DNA from: Balanoglossus misakiensis
Taxonomy: Eukaryota; Animalia; Hemichordata
Direction: 5' to 3'
Assembly: GCA_040954595.2 (NCBI GenBank)
Contig: CM082595.2
Location: forward strand, 8,724,317-8,788,316
DNA length: 64,000 bases
The notes under the pieces: generated by a model
The model's database searches: none
Seen by the model: only the letters and a program-made list of their open reading frames with translations
Told to the model about the DNA's origin: nothing
Shown: positions 11,325-24,100 of the stretch, in pieces
Layout: each line of letters starts with the position of its first letter
Numbering within the stretch: the stretch's first letter is position 1
Translations under genes and position numbers: made by a program

Positions 11325-13819
11325 GGGCGAAAATCATCAAAAAATGACACATTTTCGACTTTGCAAAATCTCAAAATCTCGTCAATTTTTGAAAAAATCA
11401 TGGGTGAAAATCATCAAAAAATGACAAATTTTGAAAAAAACGGGTGAAAATCATCAAAAACGACAAATTTTCGTCTTTGCAAAATCTCAAATTTTCGTCG
11501 ATTTTTGAAAAAAAATCATGGGCGAAAATCATCAAAAAATGAAAAATTTTCGACTTTGCAAAATCTCAAAATTTCGTCGATTTTGAAAAAAATCATGGGT
11601 TCGTCGATTTTTTAAAAACAACATTGGTGAAAATCATCAAAAAATGACAAATTTTCGACTTTGCAAAATCTCAAAATTTCGTCGATTTTAAAAAAAAAAT
11701 CATGGATGAAAATCATCAAAAAATGAAAAATTTTCGACTTCGCAAAATCTCAAAATTTTGTCTTTTTTTGAAAAAAATCATAGGTGAAAATTATCAAAAA
11801 ATGACAAATTTTCGACTTTGCAAAAGCTCAAAATTTCGTCCATTTTTGAAAAAAAATCATGGGTGAAAATCATCAAAAAATGACAAAATTTTCAACTTTG
11901 CAAAATCTCATAATTTCGTCGATTTTTGAAAAAAAATCATGGGTGAAAATCATCAAAAAATGACAAAATTTTCGACTTTGTAAAATCACAAAATTTCGTC
12001 GATTTCGAAAAAAATCATAGGTTCGTCGATTTTTAAAAAAAAAACATGGGTGAAAATCATCAAAAAATGACAAATTTTCGACTTTGCAAAATCTCACAAT
12101 TTCGTCGATTTTTGAAAAAAATCATGGGAGAAAATCATCAAAAAATGACAAATTTTCGACTTTGCAAAATCTCAACATTTCGTCGATTTTTGAAAAAAAT
12201 AATAGGTGAAAATCATCAAAAAATGACAAATTTTCGACTTTGCAAAATCTCAAAATTTCGTCAATTTTTGAAAAAATCATGGGTGAAAATCATCAAAAAA
12301 TGACAAAATTTTCGACTTTGCAAAATCTCATAATTTCGTCGATTTTGAAAAAAATCATAGGTTCGTCGATTTTTAAAAAAAAAAACCTGGTTGAAAATCA
12401 TCAAAAAATGACAAATTTTTTACTTTGCAAAATCTCACAATTTCGTCAATTTTTGAAAAAAATCATGGGTGAAAATCATCAAAAAATGTCAAATTATTCG
12501 ACTTTGCAAAATCTCAAAATTTCGTCGATTTTGAAAAAAATCATAGGTTCGTCGATTTTTTAAAAAAAAACATGGGTGAATATCATCAAAAAATGACAAA
12601 TTTTCGACTTTGCAAAATCTCACAATTTCGTCGATTTTTGAAAAAAATCATGGGTGAAAATCATCAAAAAATGACAAATTTTCGACTTTGCAAAATCTCA
12701 AAATTTCGTCAATTTTTGAAAAAATCATGGGTTCGTCGATTTTTTAAAAAGAACATTGGTGAAAATCATCAAAAAATGACAAATTTTTGACTTTGCAAAA
12801 TCTCACAATTTCGTCGATTTTTGAAAAAAATAATGGTTGAAAATCATCAAAAAATTACAAATTTTCGACTTTGCAAAATCTCAAAATTTCGTCAATTTTT
12901 GAAAAAATCATGGGTGAAAATCATCAAAAAATGACAAATTTTGAAAAAAACGGGTGAAAATCATCAAAAAATGACACATTTTCGACTTTGCAAAATCTCA
13001 AAATTTCGTCAATTTTTGAAAAAATCGTGGGTGAAAATCATCAAAAAATGACAAAATTTTCGACTTTGCAAAATCTCAAAATTTCGTCGATTTTGAAAAA
13101 AATCACAGGTTCGTCGATTTTTAAAAAAAAAACATGGGTGAAAATCATCAAAAAATGACAAATTTTTGACTTTGCAAAATCTCACAATTTCGTCGATTTT
13201 TGAAAAAAATCATGGGTGAAAATCATCAAAAAATGACAAATTTTCGACTTTGCAAAATCTCAAAATTTCGTCAATTTTTGAAAAAATCATGGGTTCGTCG
13301 ATTTTTTAAAAACAACATTGGTGAAAATCATCAAAAAAGACAAATTTTTTACTTTGCAAAATCTCACAATTTCGTCGATTTTTGAAAAAATCATGGGTGA
13401 AAATCATCAAAAAATGACAAATTTTGAAAAAAACGGGTGAAAATCATCAAAAACGACAAATTTTCGTCTTTGCAAAATCTCAAATTTTCGTCGATTTTTG
13501 AAAAAAAATCATGGGTGAAAATCATCAAAAAATGAAAAATTTTCGACTTTGCAAAATCTCAAAATTTCGTCGATTTTTGAAAAAAAATAATGGTTGAAAA
13601 TCATCAAAAAATGACAAATTTTCGACTTTGCAAAATCTCAAAATTTCGTCGATTTTGAAAAAAATCATGGGTTCGTCGATTTTTTAAAAACAACATTGGT
13701 GAAAATCATCAAAAAATGACAAATTTTCGACTTTGCAAAATCTCAAAATTTCGTCGATTTTAAAAAAAAAATCATGGATGAAAATCATCAAAAAATGAAA
13801 AATTTTCGACTTCGCAAAA

Positions 13820-15140
13820 TCTCAAAATTTTGTCTTTTTTTGAAAAAAATCATAGGTGAAAATTATCAAAAAATGACAAATTTTCGACTTTGCAAAAGCT
13901 CAAAATTTCGTCCATTTTTGAAAAAAAATCATGGGTGAAAATCATCAAAAAATGACAAAATTTTCAACTTTGCAAAATCTCATAATTTCGTCGATTTTTG
14001 AAAAAAAATCATGGGTGAAAATCATCAAAAAATGACAAAATTTTCGACTTTGTAAAATCACAAAATTTCGTCTATTTTGAAAAAAATCATGGGTGAAAAT
14101 CATCAAAAAATGAAAAATTTTCGACTTTGCAAAATCTCAAAATTTCGTCAATTTTTGAAAAAATCATGGGTGAAAATCATCAAAAAATGAAAAATTTTCG
14201 ACTTTGCAAAATCTCAAAATTTCGTCAATTTTTGAAAAAATCATGGGTGAAAATCATCAAAAAATGACAAATTTTTGACTGCAAAATCTCAAAATTTCGT
14301 TGATTTTTGAAAAAAAATAATGGTTGAAAATCATCAAAAAATGACAAATTTTCGACTTTGCAAAATCTCAAAATTTCGTCGATTTTTAAAAAAAAATGGA
14401 TGAAAATCATCAAAAAATGACAAATTTTCGACTTTGCAAAAACTCAACATTTCGTCGATTTTCGAAAAAAATAATGGTTGAAAATCATCAAAAAATGACA
14501 AATTTTCGACTTTGCAAAATCTCAAAATTTTGTCTTTTTTTGAAAAAAATCATAGGTGAAAATTATCAAAAAATGACAAATTTTCGACTTTGCAAAAGCT
14601 CAAAATTTCGTCCATTTTTGAAAAAAAATCATGGGTGAAAATCATCAAAAAATGACAAAATTTTCAACTTTGCAAAATCTCATAATTTCGTCGATTTTTG
14701 AAAAAAAATCATGGGTGAAAATCATCAAAAAATGACAAAATTTTCGACTTTGTAAAATCACAAAATTTCGTCTATTTTGAAAAAAATCATGGGTGAAAAT
14801 CATCAAAAAATGAAAAATTTTCGACTTTGCAAAATCTCAAAATTTCGTCAATTTTTGAAAAAATCATGGGTGAAAATCATCAAAAAATGACAAATTTTTG
14901 ACTGCAAAATCTCAAAATTTCGTTGATTTTTGAAAAAAAATAATGGTTGAAAATCATCAAAAAATGACAAATTTTCGACTTTGCAAAATCTCAAAATTTC
15001 GTCGATTTTTAAAAAAAAATGGATGAAAATCATCAAAAAATGACAAATTTTCGACTTTGCAAAAACTCAACATTTCGTCGATTTTCGAAAAAAATAATGG
15101 TTGAAAATCATCAAAAAATGACAAATTTTCGACTTTGCAA
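13820..15140 (+). repeat. Tandem duplication, 700/623-bp units (differ by one monomer)
   Basis: Identical ORFs at 14225 and 14848. Both copies carry the private variants AAAAAAAAATGGATG (TCA lost) and AAAACTCAACAT. Confidence 0.8.
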
Positions 15141-18100
15141 AATCTCAAAATTTCGTCGATTTTGAAAAAAATCATGGGTTCGTCGATTTTTTAAAAACAA
15201 CATTGGTGAATATCATCAAAAACTGACAAATTTTTGACTTTGCAAAATCTCACAATTTCGTCGATTTTTGAAAAAAATCATGGTTGAAAATCATCAAAAA
15301 ATGACAAATTTTCGACTTTGCAAAATCTCAAAATTTCGTCAATTTTTGAAAAAATCATGGGTTCGTCGATTTTTTAAAAACAACATTGGTGAAAATCATC
15401 AAAAAATTACAAATTTTTGACTTCGCAAAAGCTCACAATTTCGTCGATTTTTTAAAAACAACATTGGTGAAAATCATCAAAAAATGACAAATTTTCGACT
15501 TTGCAAAATCTCAACATTTCGTCGATTTTTGAAAAAAATAATGGGTGAAAATCATCAAAAAATGACAAATTTTCGACTTTGCAAAATCTCAAAATTTCGT
15601 CCATTTTTGAAAAAATCATGGGTGAAAATCATCAAAAAATGACAAAATTTTCGACTTTGCAAAATCTCATAATTTCGTCGATTTTGAAAAAAATCATAGG
15701 TTCGTCGATTTTTAAAAAAAAAACCTGGTTGAAAATCATCAAAAAATGACAAATTTTTTACTTTGCAAAATCTCACAATTTCGTCAATTTTTGAAAAAAA
15801 TCATGGGTGAAAATCATCAAAAAATGTCAAATTATTCGACTTTGCAAAATCTCAAAATTTCGTCGATTTTGAAAAAAATCATAGGTTCGTCGATTTTTTA
15901 AAAAAAAACATGGGTGAATATCATCAAAAAATGACAAATTTTCGACTTTGCAAAATCTCACAATTTCGTCGATTTTTGAAAAAAATCATGGGTGAAAATC
16001 ATCAAAAAATGACAAATTTTCGACTTTGCAAAATCTCAAAATTTCGTCAATTTTTGAAAAAATCATGGGTTCGTCGATTTTTTAAAAACAACATTGGTGA
16101 AAATCATCAAAAAATGACAAATTTTTGACTTTGCAAAATCTCACAATTTCGTCGATTTTTGAAAAAAATAATGGTTGAAAATCATCAAAAAATGACAAAT
16201 TTTCGACTTTGCAAAATCTCAAAATTTCGTCAATTTTTGAAAAAATCATGGGTGAAAATCATCAAAAAATGACAAATTTTGAAAAAAACGGGTGAAAATC
16301 ATCAAAAAATGACACATTTTCGACTTTGCAAAATCTCAAAATTTCGTAAATTTTTGAAAAAATCATGGGTGAAAATCATCAAAAAATGACAAAATTTTCG
16401 ACTTTGCAAAATCTCAAAATTTCGTCGATTTTGAAAAAAATCACAGGTTCGTCGATTTTTAAAAAAAAAACATGGGTGAAAATCATCAAAAAATGACAAA
16501 TTTTTGACTTTGCAAAATCTCACAATTTCGTCGATTTTTGAAAAAAATCATGGGTGAAAATCATCAAAAAATGACAAATTTTCGACTTTGCAAAATCTCA
16601 AAATTTCGTCAATTTTTGAAAAAATCATGGGTTCGTCGATTTTTTAAAAACAACATTGGTGAAAATCATCAAAAAAGACAAATTTTTTACTTTGCAAAAT
16701 CTCACAATTTCGTCGATTTTTGAAAAAAATAATGGTTGAAAATCATCAAAAAATGACAAATTTTCGACTTTGCAAAATCTCAAAATTTCGTCAATTTTTG
16801 AAAAAATCATGGGTGAAAATCATCAAAAAATGACAAATTTTGAAAAAAACGGGCGAAAATCATCAAAAAATGACACATTTTCGACTTTGCAAAATCTCAA
16901 AATTTCGTCAATTTTTGAAAAAATCATGGGTGAAAATCATCAAAAAATGACAAATTTTGAAAAAAACGGGTGAAAATCATCAAAAACGACAAATTTTCGT
17001 CTTTGCAAAATCTCAAATTTTCGTCGATTTTTGAAAAAAAATCATGGGTGAAAATCATCAAAAAATGAAAAATTTTCGACTTTGCAAAATCTCAAAATTT
17101 CGTCGATTTTTGAAAAAAATAATGGTTGAAAATCATCAAAAAATGACAAATTTTCGACTTTGCAAAATCTCAAAATTTCGTCGATTTTGAAAAAAATCAT
17201 GGGTTCGTCGATTTTTTAAAAACAACATTGGTGAAAATCATCAAAAAATGACAAATTTTCGACTTTGCAAAATCTCAAAATTTCGTCGATTTTAAAAAAA
17301 AAATCATGGATGAAAATCATCAAAAAATGAAAAATTTTCGACTTCGCAAAATCTCAAAATTTTGTCTTTTTTTGAAAAAAATCATAGGTGAAAATTATCA
17401 AAAAATGACAAATTTTCGACTTTGCAAAAGCTCAAAATTTCGTCCATTTTTGAAAAAAAATCATGGGTGAAAATCATCAAAAAATGACAAAATTTTCAAC
17501 TTTGCAAAATCTCATAATTTCGTCGATTTTTGAAAAAAAATCATGGGTGAAAATTATCAAAAAATGACAAAATTTTCGACTTTGTAAAATCACAAAATTT
17601 CGTCTATTTTGAAAAAAATCATGGGTGAAAATCATCAAAAAATGAAAAATTTTCGACTTTGCAAAATCTCAAAATTTCGTCAATTTTTGAAAAAATCATG
17701 GGTGAAAATCATCAAAAAATGACAAATTTTTGACTGCAAAATCTCAAAATTTCGTTGATTTTTGAAAAAAATAATTGTTGAAAATCATCAAAAAATGACA
17801 AATTTTCGACTTTGCAAAATCTCAAAATTTCGTCGATTTTGAAAAAAATCATGGGTTCGTCGATTTTTTAAAAACAACATTGGTGAATATCATCAAAAAC
17901 TGACAAATTTTTAACTTTGCAAAATCTCATAATTTCGTCGATTTTTGAAAAAAAATCATGGGTGAAAATCATCAAAAAATGACAAAATTTTCGACTTTGT
18001 AAAATCACAAAATTTCGTCGATTTCGAAAAAAATCATAGGTTCGTCGATTTTTAAAAAAAAAACATGGGTGAAAATCATCAAAAAATGACAAATTTTCGA

Positions 18101-21100
18101 CTTTGCAAAATCTCACAATTTCGTCGATTTTTGAAAAAAATCATGGGAGAAAATCATCAAAAAATGACAAATTTTCGACTTTGCAAAATCTCAACATTTC
18201 GTCGATTTTTGAAAAAAATAATGGATGAAAATCATCAAAAAATGACAAATTTTCGACTTTGCAAAATCTCAAAATTTCGTCAATTTTTGAAAAAATCATG
18301 GGTGAAAATCATCAAAAAATGACAAAATTTTCGACTTTGCAAAATCTCATAATTTCGTCGATTTTGAAAAAAATCATAGGTTCGTCGATTTTTAAAAAAA
18401 AAACCTGGGTGAAAATCATCAAAAAATGACAAATTTTTTACTTTGCAAAATCTCACAATTTCGTCAATTTTTGAAAAAAATCATGGGTGAAAATCATCAA
18501 AAAATGTCAAATTTTTCGACTTTGCAAAAACTCAAAATTTCGTCGATTTTGAAAAAAATCATAGGTTCGTCGATTTTTTAAAAAAAAACATGGGTGAATA
18601 TCATCAAAAAATGACAAATTTTCGACTTTGCAAAATCTCACAATTTCGTCGATTTTTGAAAAAAATCATGGGTGAAAATCATCAAAAAATGACAAATTTT
18701 CGACTTTGCAAAATCTCAAAATTTCGTCAATTTTTGAAAAAATCATGGGTTCGTCGATTTTTTAAAAACAACATTGGTGAAAATCATCAAAAAATGACAA
18801 ATTTTTGACTTTGCAAAATCTCACAATTTCGTCGATTTTTGAAAAAAATAATGGTTGAAAATCATCAAAAAATGACAAATTTTCGACTTTGCAAAATCTC
18901 AAAATTTCGTCAATTTTTGAAAAAATCATGGGTGAAAATCATCAAAAAATGACAAATTTTGAAAAAAACGGGTGAAAATCATCAAAAAATGACACATTTT
19001 CGACTTTGCAAAATCTCAAAATTTCGTCAATTTTTGAAAAAATCATGGGTGAAAATCATCAAAAAATGACAAAATTTTCGACTTTGCAAAATCTCAAAAT
19101 TTCGTCGATTTTGAAAAAAATCACAGGTTCGTCGATTTTTTAAAAACAACATTGGTGAAAATCATCAAAAAAGACAAATTTTTTACTTTGCAAAATCTCA
19201 CAATTTCGTCGATTTTTGAAAAAAATAATGGTTGAAAATCATCAAAAAATGACAAATTTTCGACTTTGCAAAATCTCAAAATTTCGTCAATTTTTGAAAA
19301 AATCATGGGTGAAAATCATCAAAAAATGACAAATTTTGAAAAAAACGGGCGAAAATCATCAAAAAATGACACATTTTCGACTTTGCAAAATCTCAAAATT
19401 TCGTCAATTTTTGAAAAAATCATGGGTGAAAATCATCAAAAAATGACAAATTTTGAAAAAAACGGGTGAAAATCATCAAAAACGACAAATTTTCGTCTTT
19501 GCAAAATCTCAAATTTTCGTCGATTTTTGAAAAAAAATCATGGGTGAAAATCATCAAAAAGTGAAAAATTTTCGACTTTGCAAAATCTCAAAATTTCGTC
19601 GATTTTTGAAAAAAAATAATGGTTGAAAATCATCAAAAAATGACAAATTTTCGACTTTGCAAAATCTCAAAATTTCGTCGATTTTGAAAAAAATCATGGA
19701 TTCGTCGATTTTTTAAAAACAACATTGGTGAAAATCATCAAAAAATGACAAATTTTCGACTTTGCAAAATCTCAAAATTTCGTCGATTTAAAAAAAAAAA
19801 TCATGGATGAAAATCATCAAAAAATGAAAAATTTTCGACTTCGCAAAATCTCAAAATTTTGTCTTTTTTTGAAAAAAATCATAGGTGAAAATTATCAAAA
19901 AATGACAAATTTTCGACTTTGCAAAAGCTCAAAATTTCGTCCATTTTTGAAACAAAATCATGGGTGAAAATCATCAAAAAATGACAAAATTTTCAACTTT
20001 GCAAAATCTCATAATTTCGTCGATTTTTGAAAAAAAATCATGGGTGAAAATCATCAAAAAATGACAAAATTTTCGACTTTGTAAAATCACACAATTTCGT
20101 CGATTTTGAAAAAAATCATAGGTTCGTCGATTTTTAAAAAACAACATTGGTGAAAATCATCAAAAAAGACAATTTTTTTACTTTGCAAAATCTCACAATT
20201 TCGTCGATTTTTGAAAAAAATAATGGTTGAAAATCATCAAAAAATGACAAATTTTCGACTTTGCAAAATCTCAAAATTTCGTCAATTTTTGAAAAAATCA
20301 TGGGTGAAAATCATCAAAAAATGACAAATTTTGAAAAAAACGGGCGAAAATCATCAAAAAATGACACATTTTCGACTTTGCAAAATCTCAAAATTTCGTC
20401 AATTTTTGAAAAAATCATGGGTGAAAATCATCAAAAAATGACAAATTTTGAAAAAAACGGGTGAAAATCATCAAAAACGACAAATTTTCGTCTTTGCAAA
20501 ATCTCAAATTTTCGTCGATTTTTGAAAAAAAATCATGGGTGAAAATCATCAAAAAATGAAAAATTTTCGACTTTGCAAAATCTCAAAATTTCGTCGATTT
20601 TTGAAAAAAAATAATGGTTGAAAATCATCAAAAAATGACAAATTTTCGACTTTGCAAAATCTCAAAATTTCGTCGATTTTGAAAAAAATCATGGGTTCGT
20701 CGATTTTTTAAAAACAACATTGGTGAAAATCATCAAAAAATGACAAATTTTCGACTTTGCAAAATCTCAAAATTTCGTCGATTTTAAAAAAAAAATCATG
20801 GATGAAAATCATCAAAAAATGAAAAATTTTCGACTTCGCAAAATCTCAAAATTTTGTCTTTTTTTGAAAAAAATCATAGGTGAAAATTATCAAAAAATGA
20901 CAAATTTTCGACTTTGCAAAAGCTCAAAATTTCGTCCATTTTTGAAAAAAAATCATGGGTGAAAATCATCAAAAAATGACAAAATTTTCAACTTTGCAAA
21001 ATCTCATAATTTCGTCGATTTTTGAAAAAAAATCATGGGTGAAAATCATCAAAAAATGACAAAATTTTCGACTTTGTAAAATCACAAAATTTCGTCTATT

Positions 21101-24100
21101 TTGAAAAAAATCATGGATGAAAATCATCAAAAAATGACAAATTTTCGACTTTGCAAAATCTCAAAATTTTGTCGATTTTTGAAAAAAATCATAGGTGAAA
21201 ATCATCAAAAATGACAAATTTTTTACTTTGCAAAATCTCACAATTTCGTCAATTTTTGAAAAAAATCATGGGTGAAAATCATCAAAAAATGTCAAATTTT
21301 TCGACTTTGCAAAAACTCAAAATTTCGTCGATTTTGAAAAAAATCATAGGTTCGTCGATTTTTTAAAAAAAAACATGGGTGAATATCATCAAAAAATGAC
21401 AAATTTTCGACTTTGCAAAATCTCACAATTTCGTCGATTTTTGAAAAAAATCATGGGTGAAAATCATCAAAAAATGACAAATTTTCGACTTTGCAAAATC
21501 TCAAAATTTCGTCAATTTTTGAAAAAATCATGGGTTCGTCGATTTTTTAAAAACAACATTGGTGAAAATCATCAAAAAATGACAAATTTTTGACTTTGCA
21601 AAATCTCACAATTTCGTCGATTTTTGAAAAAAATAATGGTTGAAAATCATCAAAAAATGACAAATTTTCGACTTTGCAAAATCTCAAAATTTCGTCAATT
21701 TTTGAAAAAATCATGGGTGAAAATCATCAAAAAATGACAAATTTTGAAAAAAACGGGTGAAAATCATCAAAAAATGACACATTTTCGACTTTGCAAAATC
21801 TCAAAATTTCGTCAATTTTTGAAAAAATCATGGGTGAAAATCATCAAAAAATGACAAAATTTTCGACTTTGCAAAATCTCAAAATTTCGTCGATTTTGAA
21901 AAAAATCACAGGTTCGTCGATTTTTTATAAACAACATTGGTGAAAATCATCAAAAAAGACAAATTTTTTACTTTGCAAAATCTCACAATTTCGTCGATTT
22001 TTGAAAAAAATAATGGTTGAAAATCATCAAAAAATGACAAATTTTCGACTTTGCAAAATCTCAAAATTTCGTCAATTTTTGAAAAAATCATGGGTGAAAA
22101 TCATCAAAAAATGACAAATTTTGAAAAAAACGGGCGAAAATCATCAAAAAATGACACATTTTCGACTTTGCAAAATCTCAAAATTTCGTCAATTTTTGAA
22201 AACATCATGGGTGAAAATCATCAAAAAATGACAAATTTTGAAAAAAAACGGGTGAAAATCATCAAAAACGACAAATTTTCGTCTTTGCAAAATCTCAAAT
22301 TTTCGTCGATTTTTGAAAAAAAATCATGGGTGAAAATCATCAAAAAATGACAAATTTTCGACTTTGCAAAATCTCAAAATTTCGTCAATTTTTGAAAAAA
22401 TCATGGGTTCGTCGATTTTTTAAAAACAACATTGGTGAAAATCATCAAAAAATGACACATTTTCGACTTTGCAAAATCTCAAAATTTCGTCAATTTTTGA
22501 AAAAATCATGGGTGAAAATCATCAAAAAATGACAAAATTTTCGACTTTGCAAAATCTCAAAATTTCGTCGATTTTGAAAAAAATCACAGGTTCGTCGATT
22601 TTTTAAAAACAACATTGGTGAAAATCATCAAAAAAGACAAATTTTTTACTTTGCAAAATCTCACAATTTCGTCGATTTTTGAAAAAAATAATGGTTGAAA
22701 ATCATCAAAAAATGACAAATTTTCGACTTTGCAAAATCTCAAAATTTCGTCAATTTTTGAAAAAATCATGGGTGAAAATCATCAAAAAATGACAAATTTT
22801 GAAAAAAACGGGTGAAAATCATCAAAAACGACAAATTTTCGTCTTTGCAAAATCTCAAATTTTCGTCGATTTTTGAAAAAAAATCATGGGTGAAAATCAT
22901 CAAAAAATGAAAAATTTTCGACTTTGCAAAATCTCAAAATTTCGTCGATTTTTGAAAAAAAATAATGGTTGAAAATCATCAAAAAATGACAAATTTTCGA
23001 CTTTGCAAAATCTCAAAATTTCGTCAATTTTTGAAAAAATCATGGGTGAAAATCATCAAAAAATGACAAATTTTGAAAAAAACGGGTGAAAATCATCAAA
23101 AACGACAAATTTTCGTCTTTGCAAAATCTCAAATTTTCGTCGATTTTTGAAAAAAAATCATGGGTGAAAATCATCAAAAAATGACAAATTTTCGACTTTG
23201 CAAAATCTCAAAATTTCGTCAATTTTTGAAAAAATCATGGGTTCGTCGATTTTTTAAAAACAACATTGGTGAAAATCATCAAAAAATGACACATTTTCGA
23301 CTTTGCAAAATCTCAAAATTTCGTCAATTTTTGAAAAAATCATGGGTGAAAATCATCAAAAAATGACAAATTTTGAAAAAAACGGGTGAAAATCATCAAA
23401 AACGACAAATTTTCGTCTTTGCAAAATCTCAAATTTTCGTCGATTTTTGAAAAAAAATCATGGGTGAAGATCATCAAAAAATGAAAAATTTTCGACTTTG
23501 CAAAATCTCAAAATTTCGTCGATTTTTGAAAAAAAATAATGGTTGAAAATCATCAAAAAATGACAAATTTTCGACTTTGCAAAATCTCAAAATTTCGTCG
23601 ATTTTGAAAAAAATCATGGGTTCGTCGATTTTTTAAAAACAACATTGGTGAAAATCATCAAAAAATGACAAATTTTCGACTTTGCAAAATCTCAAAATTT
23701 CGTCGATTTTAAAAAAAAAATCATGGATGAAAATCATCAAAAAATGAAAAATTTTCGACTTCGCAAAATCTCAAAATTTTGTCTTTTTTTGAAAAAAATC
23801 ATAGGTGAAAATTATCAAAAAATGACAAATTTTCGACTTTGCAAAAGCTCAAAATTTCGTCCATTTTTGAAAAAAAATCATGGGTGAAAATCATCAAAAA
23901 ATGACAAAATTTTCAACTTTGCAAAATCTCATAATTTCGTCGATTTTTGAAAAAAAATCATGGGTGAAAATCATCAAAAAATGACAAAATTTTCGACTTT
24001 GTAAAATCACAAAATTTCGTCTATTTTGAAAAAAATCATGGATGAAAATCATCAAAAAATGACAAATTTTCGTCTTTGCAAAATCTCAAATTTTCGTCGA

